Assembly (NCBI GenBank): GCA_003235475.1
Contig: QJWC01000044.1
Coordinates: 27,451-91,450 of the forward strand
Direction: 5' to 3'
DNA: 64,000 nt
From: Acidimicrobiia bacterium
Lineage (GTDB): Bacteria; Actinomycetota; Acidimicrobiia; Spongiisociales; UBA5794
Shown here: one piece after another, positions 27,061 through 36,278 of the stretch
Numbering within the stretch: the stretch's first letter is position 1
Layout: each line of letters starts with the position of its first letter
Notes under the pieces: model-generated
The model's database searches: none
Told to the model about the DNA's origin: nothing
Seen by the model: the letters and a program-made list of their open reading frames with translations, nothing else
Position numbers and translations under genes: made by a program

Positions 27061-27995
27061 CCGAAGAGTCGGCGCCACCAGCGCACGAACATCCCGGCGC
27101 TGTCCTGCTGGGGAAGCTCGGCGAGCACGTCACCGAGATGGTCCGGCGGCAGGTCGCCGACCAGGACATACCGGCGGTGGCCATCGGCCCACGTCACACG
27201 GACGTCCTTTGCCGTCGGCACGATGTCGTAGATGCCGGACTCGGTGACAAAGGCCATTGGATCCTCGAATCCGGCCACGGACGCGTCACCCTTGAACGCG
27301 AAGAGCGAGAACGAGAACAGGCCATCCGAGTAGAAGCCCTGTTCGGAGCCGCCGGGACCAGGGAACACCTCGACGAGCTCATATCCCGCTGCCTCCGTCG
27401 GCACGATCTTCGCCTCGTCGTGCATCACGATCTCCACAGGCACGTCCTCGTAGGCGTCCGGCCACTCGTACATCCGGTATGGCGAAAAGTCCGACAGGGA
27501 CACCGTGCGAAAGACCGAGCCGTCGCCGTCGTAGATGTAGGTGATGAGGGGGGCACCCGTCCGGTCGTCCACGATCATGTGAGCGCGCACCTGGCCGTCC
27601 TCGAGGATCGGGATGAGCGTGCAATCTCGGCGCATGTGCGTCACCTGCGTCGTCTCACCGACCTCGTAGCGGCCGGTGTCGATCGCCGTGGGCGTCATCA
27701 TGAATGCGATACCGCTCGGTGCATCGCTCATGGTCACCACCCGGCCGCCGCCCTTCATCGACCACGTCTCATCCGTCCGGACCATCTCCTGGCCTGATGC
27801 GTGCTCGACCCGCTCCCTGACCACCTGCGTCTCGTCACCCCACACGGAGACAACGAGCCGATTGGCCGCGTACGTCGACGCGTTCACGCGCTCGACCACG
27901 TCGACGACCTCGTCTGCGAGGGCGGGGGCCGCCGATGCGACGAGGGTCGTCGCGGCTGCTACGGCGGCGAGGACGCGAACTCGGGATCTGGTCAT
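27057..27995 (-). CDS. Secreted protein of unknown function, co-operonic with ECF sigma/anti-sigma (possibly MucB/RseB- or LolA-like; unverified)
   Basis: 312-aa ORF with a signal peptide MTRSRVRVLAAVAAATTLVASAAPALA. Its start overlaps the anti-sigma stop. No motif I can assign by eye. Confidence 0.65.
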   Translation of the reverse strand: MTRSRVRVLAAVAAATTLVASAAPALADEVVDVVERVNASTYAANRLVVSVWGDETQVVRERVEHASGQEMVRTDETWSMKGGGRVVTMSDAPSGIAFMMTPTAIDTGRYEVGETTQVTHMRRDCTLIPILEDGQVRAHMIVDDRTGAPLITYIYDGDGSVFRTVSLSDFSPYRMYEWPDAYEDVPVEIVMHDEAKIVPTEAAGYELVEVFPGPGGSEQGFYSDGLFSFSLFAFKGDASVAGFEDPMAFVTESGIYDIVPTAKDVRVTWADGHRRYVLVGDLPPDHLGDVLAELPQQDSAGMFVRWWRRLFG

Positions 27996-28594
27996 GGGCT
28001 CGATGTCCGAATCCCGGTGACGGAGGTACCCGAGACCACGGCGCCGTGGCGGGCTTCGAGTTCTGCGACGTCGACGGCGACCGTGCCGCGATCACCGATC
28101 CCGATGCCGACGGTGAACGCGATCGCCACCGCTGCGAGGCCCGTGACGGCTGCCGCGACGGCGGGCCACCGAGCGCGTGTGCGGGCTTCCCTCGCGTCCC
28201 GGGCGAGGGCGAGGAAGTCAGGAGGTTCGAGCCCGGGAAGGGACCGCACGGCGGTGCGAGACCGATCGAGGTCAGCGAGCTCATCACGGCACTCGGCGCA
28301 GACGTCAAGATGGCCACTGATGCGAGGCAGTTCTCCTGTCGCGAGTTCGCCGTCGAGGTACGCGGAGAGCTCCGACCCGAGGTGTCCTGCTGGAAGCAGG
28401 TACATCGGCATCCTCGGTGTCGGAAGGGTGCGAAGGGCATTCCGCGCCTCCTTGAGCCTCCGAAATTCTGCGATGGCCGCGACGTCGTGCTCGAGCACGT
28501 CGACGACCTCGGCAAGTTCGTCCTTGGTCAACTCACCGTCGAGATAGCACGACAGCAGCATTGACAGGCGTTCGTCCGGCGTCATACCGGCCAT
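27992..28594 (-). CDS. Membrane-spanning ZAS-type anti-sigma factor
   Basis: zf-HC2 motif H-x3-C-x2-C (HLDVCAECRDEL) and a central TM (WPAVAAAVTGLAAVAIAFTV). The start at 28594 or 28585 overlaps the sigma-factor stop (ATGA). Confidence 0.8.
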   Translation of the reverse strand: MAGMTPDERLSMLLSCYLDGELTKDELAEVVDVLEHDVAAIAEFRRLKEARNALRTLPTPRMPMYLLPAGHLGSELSAYLDGELATGELPRISGHLDVCAECRDELADLDRSRTAVRSLPGLEPPDFLALARDAREARTRARWPAVAAAVTGLAAVAIAFTVGIGIGDRGTVAVDVAELEARHGAVVSGTSVTGIRTSSP

Positions 28595-29100
28595 GTGAGC
28601 ATCTCCCTCAACTGCGATCGGCCTCGATGGATCCTCGAACGCACGGTGCCGACGGGTGCGTCGATGGCGGCGGATATCTCTTCATAGGTGAGCCCCACGA
28701 CGTCGCACAGCACGACGGCCTCGCGAAACTCGAATGGCAACTTCAGGAGTGCCGACTGCACGTCGTCCGAGAGGCGCACCGATGCGAGAACCTCGTCGGG
28801 TGACGGGCTCGATCCGTACGCAACATGGTCGCCCTCAGGAAAGGGAACGGTGGGGCGCCGCTTCTTCTTGCGCACGCCGTCGAGGAACGCATTCCGCGTG
28901 ATCCGCCACAGCCATCCTTCGAAACTCCCCGGTGTGTAGTTCTCGAGTCCCTTGCGCACGCGCAGCAGGACGTCCTGCACCAGATCGGCCGCATCATCGG
29001 GATTACCCGTGAGCCGGTAGGCAAACGTGTAGATCTTGCGGCCGTACCGATGAGCGACATCTTCCCATGACAGATCGACGTGTTCGGTCAAGGTCCCCAT
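28582..29100 (-). CDS. ECF sigma-70 family factor (SigE/SigH-like)
   Basis: 172 aa with region 2 (DLVQDVLLRVRKGL) and region 4 (LTYEEISAAIDAPVGTVRSRIHRGR). A GGAAC-N17-CGTT motif lies upstream. Confidence 0.9.
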   Translation of the reverse strand: MGTLTEHVDLSWEDVAHRYGRKIYTFAYRLTGNPDDAADLVQDVLLRVRKGLENYTPGSFEGWLWRITRNAFLDGVRKKKRRPTVPFPEGDHVAYGSSPSPDEVLASVRLSDDVQSALLKLPFEFREAVVLCDVVGLTYEEISAAIDAPVGTVRSRIHRGRSQLREMLTWPV

Positions 29101-29111
29101 CTCATTGCATA

Positions 29112-29137
29112 AACGACGGGAGGCGGCCGGGAGTTCC
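29112..29137 (-). promoter_or_regulatory. ECF-type promoter motif GGAAC-N17-CGTT upstream of the ECF sigma gene
   Basis: GGAAC (29137-29133), a 17-nt spacer, then CGTT (29115-29112). The -10 element ends 11 nt before the sigma ATG (29100). It matches the actinobacterial SigE/SigH-type consensus. Confidence 0.5.
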
Positions 29138-29157
29138 AGCCAAACGAGGGGACCGGT

Positions 29158-29352
29158 CTAGACGGTCGGCTCGTCGGCCGGAGCGTCCTCGTCCTCGGCG
29201 ACGCCTTCGTCGAGGCCCTTCCGGAATTCCTTCGCGGAGGCGCCGAGCGACCGAGCGAGCTCAGGGAGCCGCCTGACGCCGAAGAACAGCATCACCACCA
29301 CGAGTATCACGAGAACCTCAGGCCCTCCGATGTTGCGCAGGAACGCGAGCAT
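29158..29352 (-). CDS. tatA: Twin-arginine translocase subunit TatA/E
   Basis: Internal ATG 29352 with an AGGAG RBS. 64 aa: MLAFLRNIGGPEVLVILVVVMLFFGVRRLPELARSLG followed by an acidic tail. Confidence 0.85.
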   Translation of the reverse strand: MLAFLRNIGGPEVLVILVVVMLFFGVRRLPELARSLGASAKEFRKGLDEGVAEDEDAPADEPTV

Positions 29353-29404
29353 GAATGCTCCTTTCGATCGGAGTGTATCAAGCGATGAGGTTGCCGTCGG
29401 AGTG

Positions 29405-30355
29405 CTACGAGACGAGGAAGGAGTCGACGAACGCCTGGAGCCGCTCGCGGGTGACGAAAACCAGCCGCTTGTCACGCTTCTCGCGCTCATACATCGAGTA
29501 GGGCGAGAACTTGTCGGTGATCAGGATGCCCTGGTGTGGCCTGAGTTGCGCCACCGTTGCCGCGAACTCCGTGATCAGGTGCTCGTCGAGCTCGGGGTAG
29601 CTGCCCTCGTCATGACGGACGATCACGAGGAGGGAGGATTTCCCCCCGCGCGTCGCCGAGTAGATGTCCGCAGTGTCAGTGGTGGCGAGGCTGAGACCCG
29701 CTCGCCCGATTTCGATGTGGTACCCGGCATTGCGCAGCAGCCCGATCACGAGGTCTTCGAGCGACATCTTCTGCGTGTCGACACCGATCGCGCGCAGCTG
29801 GGCGTCGATCTGGGACGGAAGCTCGACGAAGTGCGCAACGGGTTCGAGCGATCCGTCCGTCGACGGCGTGGCAGCGACGGTCGTATCGGCTGTGACTGCC
29901 TGCACCGCAGCTATCGGATCGTGGCCCTCGTGGCTCCTCATCAGGATCGGAGCGGGTGGCGGGAGTTCACCGATCTTCGGAAGCTCGACGACCGTGATCT
30001 GCTCCGGCTCGTTGCCCCTCATCGCACATACGGCGACACGAGCCACGCCCGTGAGGGGGAGGCCGTCCAACACGCGGGTCCTGATGTGTTCGACCGCAGC
30101 GGCACCGAGGAGTTCGACGAGGTGGTCGCCCGGCTCTGTATCACCAAGGGGGACCGCAAAGACCGTGCGTGCCGTGTCGCCAGTGACGTGGAAGTCGGTC
30201 ACGAGCGGCATCGGGCGGTCCGGCAGCTTCAACGACCCGTCGGATCGATCCATCCCAGACGTGGTTGCGGAGTCCTGTTTCTGTTGCCTCATGACGAAGG
30301 CGATGACAGCGGCGGCCACCACCACGACGATGACGATTACGACCAACGCGGTCAC
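29405..30355 (-). CDS. Membrane-anchored protein of unknown function (C-terminal region faintly restriction-endonuclease/Mrr_cat-like)
   Basis: 316 aa. GTG 30355 with an AAGGAG RBS 7 nt upstream and a single N-terminal TM (ALVVIVIVVVVAAAVIAFV). The C-terminus reads LEDLVIGLLRNAGYHIEIG...ADIYSATRGGKSSLLVIVRHDEG. Confidence 0.7.
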   Translation of the reverse strand: MTALVVIVIVVVVAAAVIAFVMRQQKQDSATTSGMDRSDGSLKLPDRPMPLVTDFHVTGDTARTVFAVPLGDTEPGDHLVELLGAAAVEHIRTRVLDGLPLTGVARVAVCAMRGNEPEQITVVELPKIGELPPPAPILMRSHEGHDPIAAVQAVTADTTVAATPSTDGSLEPVAHFVELPSQIDAQLRAIGVDTQKMSLEDLVIGLLRNAGYHIEIGRAGLSLATTDTADIYSATRGGKSSLLVIVRHDEGSYPELDEHLITEFAATVAQLRPHQGILITDKFSPYSMYEREKRDKRLVFVTRERLQAFVDSFLVS

Positions 30356-30426
30356 GTGTCTGCTCCTTGGCTCGTGGCCATCAGTTTATGGGCAGTCACG
30401 CGGCCACCAAGAAACAGGTCGGTCGC

Positions 30427-30714
30427 CTATCCGGCCTTTCGCCGACGAACGGCGATCTGGCGCTCGCGGCGGATCTTGCGCCGCTCGCGCTCGGACATCG
30501 CCCCCCATATGCCGAACTTCTCGCTCGACTCGATGGCGAATTCGAGGCATTCCTCGCGAACCGTGCACTCTCGGCAGATCGACTTCGCCTGCCGCGTGGA
30601 CGCACCGCGTTCAGGGAAGAACAGGTCTGGGTCTGCGCCCCGGCAATTGGCAAAGTCCTGCCATGCCATATCGATGCCCTCGTTCTTGAGGGCTTCCAAC
30701 AGATCGGCGATCAC
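30427..30714 (-). CDS. WhiB-family [4Fe-4S] transcriptional regulator
   Basis: Four Cys in a WhiB arrangement (ANCRG...FFP...AKSICRECTVREEC), a GIWGAMSERERR turn and a basic tail. GTG 30714 has a GGGAG RBS 7 nt upstream; the alternative start is ATG 30669. Confidence 0.85.
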   Translation of the reverse strand: MIADLLEALKNEGIDMAWQDFANCRGADPDLFFPERGASTRQAKSICRECTVREECLEFAIESSEKFGIWGAMSERERRKIRRERQIAVRRRKAG

Positions 30715-30733
30715 GCGCGAACTCCCTACAGCG

Positions 30734-30755
30734 GTGTAATTACGATTGTGTAATT
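30734..30755. repeat. AT-rich island with direct repeat GTGTAATT x2 upstream of whiB
   Basis: GTGTAATT occurs at 30734-30741 and 30748-30755 (14-nt register). This is the most AT-rich stretch of the whiB / sdhC divergent region, 20-40 nt upstream of the whiB GTG. Confidence 0.35.
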
Positions 30756-30877
30756 CAAACAACCCCGCGCGCGCATGTCAAGTCCGCGACGCCCACTCCC
30801 CCGTCACGCAGGCCCTTGGGGAACACTTGATCCCGAGAACACGCGATAATCAGGGACGGCGGAGAACAGGGATCGTC

Positions 30878-31621
30878 GTGACCACACAACAGAGGCCGGC
30901 AGTTCGCCAGCGACGCAGATGGCAGGACTGGCTCAGCGGGTTCTTCACCTCATCGGTCGGCCTCAAGTGGATGATGGCGCTCACCGGCATCGGCCTGCTC
31001 CTGTACGTGCTCGCCCATCTCGTCGGCAACCTCAAGATCTTCCTCGGCGCGAACGAGTTCGGCGAGTACGAAATCGATCTCTATTCGGAGGCGCTGCGCA
31101 ACCTCGGCGGGCACCTCGTTCCTGCGGGATCGATCCTCTGGCTGTTCCGGCTCGGCCTGATCGCGGCGTTCGTGATCCACATCGGTGCTTCCGCCATCCT
31201 GACGAGGCGGAACTGGGATGCCCGCGGGATGAACCGATACGAGGCGCCGCGCCAGTACGCGGCGGCGAATTATGCGAGCCGAACGATGCGGTGGGGCGGC
31301 ACCATCATCCTGCTGTTTCTTCTCTTCCACCTCGCAGACCTCACGCTCGGGTGGGCCAACCCGTCATTCGAACACGGGCAGGTCTTCGACAACGTCCTCG
31401 CGAGCCTGACCAGACCGCCCGTCGCCATCCTGTACCTCATCGCCCAGGCGGCGCTTGCGCTGCACATCTTCCACGGCGCCTGGTCGCTGTTCCAAAGCCT
31501 CGGGAGCGCGAACCCTCGATACAACGCATTCCGCCGGTACTTCGCCGCGGCCTTCGCCTCAGCGATGTTCCTCGGCAACGTCGCGATCGTGGTCGCCGTG
31601 TGGGCGGGTTGGGTGTCCTAG
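30878..31621 (+). CDS. sdhC: Succinate dehydrogenase/fumarate reductase cytochrome b subunit (single large b558-type anchor)
   Basis: GTG 30878 with GGAGAACAGGG upstream. About 5 TM helices with conserved His residues. Immediately precedes sdhA. Confidence 0.8.
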   Translation: MTTQQRPAVRQRRRWQDWLSGFFTSSVGLKWMMALTGIGLLLYVLAHLVGNLKIFLGANEFGEYEIDLYSEALRNLGGHLVPAGSILWLFRLGLIAAFVIHIGASAILTRRNWDARGMNRYEAPRQYAAANYASRTMRWGGTIILLFLLFHLADLTLGWANPSFEHGQVFDNVLASLTRPPVAILYLIAQAALALHIFHGAWSLFQSLGSANPRYNAFRRYFAAAFASAMFLGNVAIVVAVWAGWVS

Positions 31622-33570
<1,949 letters not shown>

Positions 33571-33571
<1 letters not shown>

Positions 33572-34332
33572 TGGATCTGACGCTGAAGGTGTGGCGCCAG
33601 GCCGGCCCCGACGCAGAGGGTGGGTTCAAGACGTACGAGGCGAACGGTGTCTCCCCTGAGGCATCGTTCCTCGAGATGCTCGACCAGGTCAACGAGAAGC
33701 TCAACGAGGCAGGCGAGGAGCCGATCGCCTTCGATCACGACTGCCGTGAGGGCATCTGCGGGATGTGCGGCGTCATGATCAACGGCCACCCCCACGGGCC
33801 CCAGGACGGAACGGCGACCTGCCAACTCCACATGCGAAAGTTCAGCGACGGCGACTCGATCGTGATCGAACCGTGGCGGTCGACTGCGATGCCAGTCGTT
33901 CGCGATCTGATCGTCGACCGATCACCGTTCGACCGCATCGTCGAGGCCGGCGGGTTCATCACCATCAACACCGGCGCGGCGCCCGATGCAAACATGACCC
34001 GGATCCCGAAAGAAGCCGCCGATTCGGCGATGGATGCCGCATCGTGCATCGGGTGTGCGGCATGCGTCGCCGCATGCCCCAACTCAGCAGCCAACCTCTT
34101 CACGGCCGCCAAGATGCAACACCTCAACCTCCTCCCCCAGGGCCAGCCGGAGCGATACACGAGGGCCGTTGCGATGGTCGAGACCATGGAGGCGTACTTC
34201 GGCTCTTGCACGAACCATGGTGAATGCGAGGCCGCCTGCCCGAAGAACATCTCGATCGACTTCATCGCGATGATGAACAGGGACTACGTCAAGGCACAGT
34301 TCAAGAACTTCGCGAGGGCCGGCCAGGCCTGA
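33571..34332 (+). CDS. sdhB: Succinate dehydrogenase/fumarate reductase iron-sulfur subunit
   Basis: ATG 33571 overlaps the sdhA stop (TAATG). Cys clusters [22 protein letters not shown] and [12 protein letters not shown]. Confidence 0.95.
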
Positions 34333-34342
34333 GCTCGCCCAC

Positions 34343-34408
34343 GGGGATCCACCGCACTCCTGCTGGCCCGGGGATCACCGGCCATCGCCCTCGTCGGGCA
34401 TCCACCGG
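34343..34408 (+). repeat. Three direct copies of a GGG(G/C)ATC(C)ACCG motif spaced about 27 nt apart
   Basis: GGGGATCCACCG at 34343, GGGGATCACCG at 34370 and GGGCATCCACCG at 34396, all in the 111-bp gap between sdhB and the SCP2 gene. Confidence 0.4.
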
Positions 34409-34443
34409 TACACTTGCCCCTCGATTCCATGAAAGGACCGGCC

Positions 34444-34827
34444 GTGGCAAAGTTCCTGAGCGACGATCATTTCACCGCCTCCCGTGAGGCCCTCGCATCA
34501 GACGCGGGCTTCCAGAGCTCGATTTCCAACGTTGCGCTGGGCATCCAATTCGTCGTCACCGACGGCCCTGACGGCGACACCTCGTACTACCTCGACATCG
34601 CTGACGGCAAGGCAGACACGAACGCCGGCGTGCTCGATGATGCCGATGTCAGCGTTACCAGCGATTACGCGACCGCCATGGCCATCTCAAAGGGCGAGTT
34701 GAACGTCCAGATGGCATTCATCACCGGGAAGATCAAGCTCGGCGGCAACACGGCGAAGGTCATGATGCACCAGGGTGTGGTGAACGAATTCGCCCGCGTC
34801 CAGTCAGGGCTCGACCTCGAGTACTGA
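34444..34827 (+). CDS. SCP2 sterol-binding-domain protein
   Basis: C-terminal motif MAFITGKIKLGGNTAKVM. The start is ambiguous: GTG 34444 (RBS AAAGGA 6 nt upstream) is preferred, with ATG 34429 or TTG 34414 possible. Confidence 0.7.
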   Translation: MAKFLSDDHFTASREALASDAGFQSSISNVALGIQFVVTDGPDGDTSYYLDIADGKADTNAGVLDDADVSVTSDYATAMAISKGELNVQMAFITGKIKLGGNTAKVMMHQGVVNEFARVQSGLDLEY

Positions 34828-34848
34828 CGGAATCGATCCCGCACAAAG

Positions 34849-34876
34849 CGAAACGGCGCCCGGGGGCGCCGTTTCG
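34849..34876. terminator. Bidirectional intrinsic-terminator-like hairpin between the SCP2 gene and hup
   Basis: 13-nt perfect inverted arms CGAAACGGCGCCC / GGGCGCCGTTTCG around a GG centre, located between convergent stops (34827 and 34899). Confidence 0.65.
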
Positions 34877-34898
34877 TGGTTCAGGGTGAAGGTCGGCG

Positions 34899-35177
34899 TC
34901 AGCCTGGCTTCACGGCGTCCTTGAACGACTTACCTGCCTTGAAGGCGGGAACCCTGGTGGCCGCAACGTGGATCGGTGCGCCCGTTTGGGGGTTGCGAGC
35001 AGTACGTGCGGCCCGGTCGCGAGCCTCGAACGTGCCGAAGCCGGTGATGGCGACCTTGCCGGTCGTCACGACACCGCCGACGATGACGTCGAGCGTCTCG
35101 TTGACCATCTTCTCCGCTAGCGCCTTCGACTCGCCGGTATTGCGAGCCACAGCGTCAATCAGTTCGCCCTTGTTCAC
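34899..35177 (-). CDS. hup: HU-family nucleoid-associated DNA-binding protein
   Basis: 92 aa: MNKGELIDAV...GFGTFEARDRAARTARNPQTG. GTG start with a GAGGAGG RBS. Confidence 0.9.
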   Translation of the reverse strand: MNKGELIDAVARNTGESKALAEKMVNETLDVIVGGVVTTGKVAITGFGTFEARDRAARTARNPQTGAPIHVAATRVPAFKAGKSFKDAVKPG

Positions 35178-35229
35178 TGGGAAACCTCCTCATGCCCACG
35201 ACCGTCGTGGGACGAATAACACGGGTGTA

Positions 35230-35259
35230 ACTCTACCCCACCACCCGATTCTGTAGCAA
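35230..35259 (-). promoter_or_regulatory. Candidate housekeeping-sigma promoter for hup (TTGCTA-N18-TAGAGT)
   Basis: Minus strand: -35 TTGCTA (35259-35254), an 18-nt spacer, then -10 TAGAGT (35235-35230). This is about 50 nt upstream of the hup start. Confidence 0.35.
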
Positions 35260-35327
35260 CAATACGGGCTCTCGGCGTGCCGCACCACCACAAATCGGAT
35301 AGAGTGTCGCCAGACCGGAGGACCTCT

Positions 35328-36257
35328 TTGAAGAAGCACTGGAGCAAAGTCGCGATCGCCCTCGGGCCCGTGATGCTCATTGGGACCTACACGTGGGAGT
35401 ATGCGCGCACCAACTCGTCCTACAACTACCTCATCGAACCGTGGGCCATCCGAGGAAGTGAGACGGACCACGGGGTGCTGTTCGTCGTACTCGGCATCCT
35501 CCTCCTCGCCGGCGGGCTCGCCACGTCGTGGGAGAGCGCACTCAAGCCGCGGGTCTCCGCGGCCCTCACCGCCTACTTCGTGATCGCTGCCACCGTGTTC
35601 ACTGCGCTCTTTGCCGACCGGACGATCACGGTCACGTTTTCCGCTGTTGCGGCTCTCATCGTCTCGTTCTTCCTCGCAGCATCGGTCGCCCTTGCGTTCC
35701 GGAGCCTCTTCGGCGACAAGCGGGCCCTTTTCAAGAGGGCGCTTCCGATCTTCGTCGTTGCGTACGTGGTCCTCGGGGCGATCTTCCTGACAGTGATCGC
35801 AGGCAATGAGGTCACGTTCCAGGCGTGGACGGTCGTGTTCATCGTCTTCCTCGTCTTCTCGGGCCTCGCGCTCTCGATCCGGCCCGTCACCATGGCGGCG
35901 AGCCGCATGCTCATCGTGACGTCGGTCCTGGCTTGGGGCACCGTTGCGTTCTCCGCAGGGGCGCTCAGGCAGCACCTCATCGGCGTCCAGCTCGAAACAG
36001 AACAGGCCAGCGGTGTGGTTGGTTTCGCGGCGCAGTACAAGGACACGCAGGCTGCAATGGGTTGGTGGCTCGCCGGATTCGCCATGACGGTCCTGTTCGT
36101 CGGATCCGTCGGCCTCTGGGCAAAGCGGCGTGACATCGTGGCTGCGATCGCCAGGGCCCGCCGCCAACGGGCAGCTGCCGAAAAGAGCGCTGCCGAGATC
36201 GCCGAGGCTGCCGAGCTCTATGCCAAGGAGCAGGCGGCCGCTTCCAACAAGCGGTAG
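35328..36257 (+). CDS. Polytopic integral membrane protein of unknown function
   Basis: About 8 predicted TM segments and a C-terminal Ala/Glu/Lys-rich helix. TTG 35328 has a GGAGGA RBS 5 nt upstream; the ORF opens at GTG 35277. Confidence 0.6.
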   Translation: MKKHWSKVAIALGPVMLIGTYTWEYARTNSSYNYLIEPWAIRGSETDHGVLFVVLGILLLAGGLATSWESALKPRVSAALTAYFVIAATVFTALFADRTITVTFSAVAALIVSFFLAASVALAFRSLFGDKRALFKRALPIFVVAYVVLGAIFLTVIAGNEVTFQAWTVVFIVFLVFSGLALSIRPVTMAASRMLIVTSVLAWGTVAFSAGALRQHLIGVQLETEQASGVVGFAAQYKDTQAAMGWWLAGFAMTVLFVGSVGLWAKRRDIVAAIARARRQRAAAEKSAAEIAEAAELYAKEQAAASNKR

Positions 36258-36278
36258 CCGACCCGGATCGTCAGCTGA

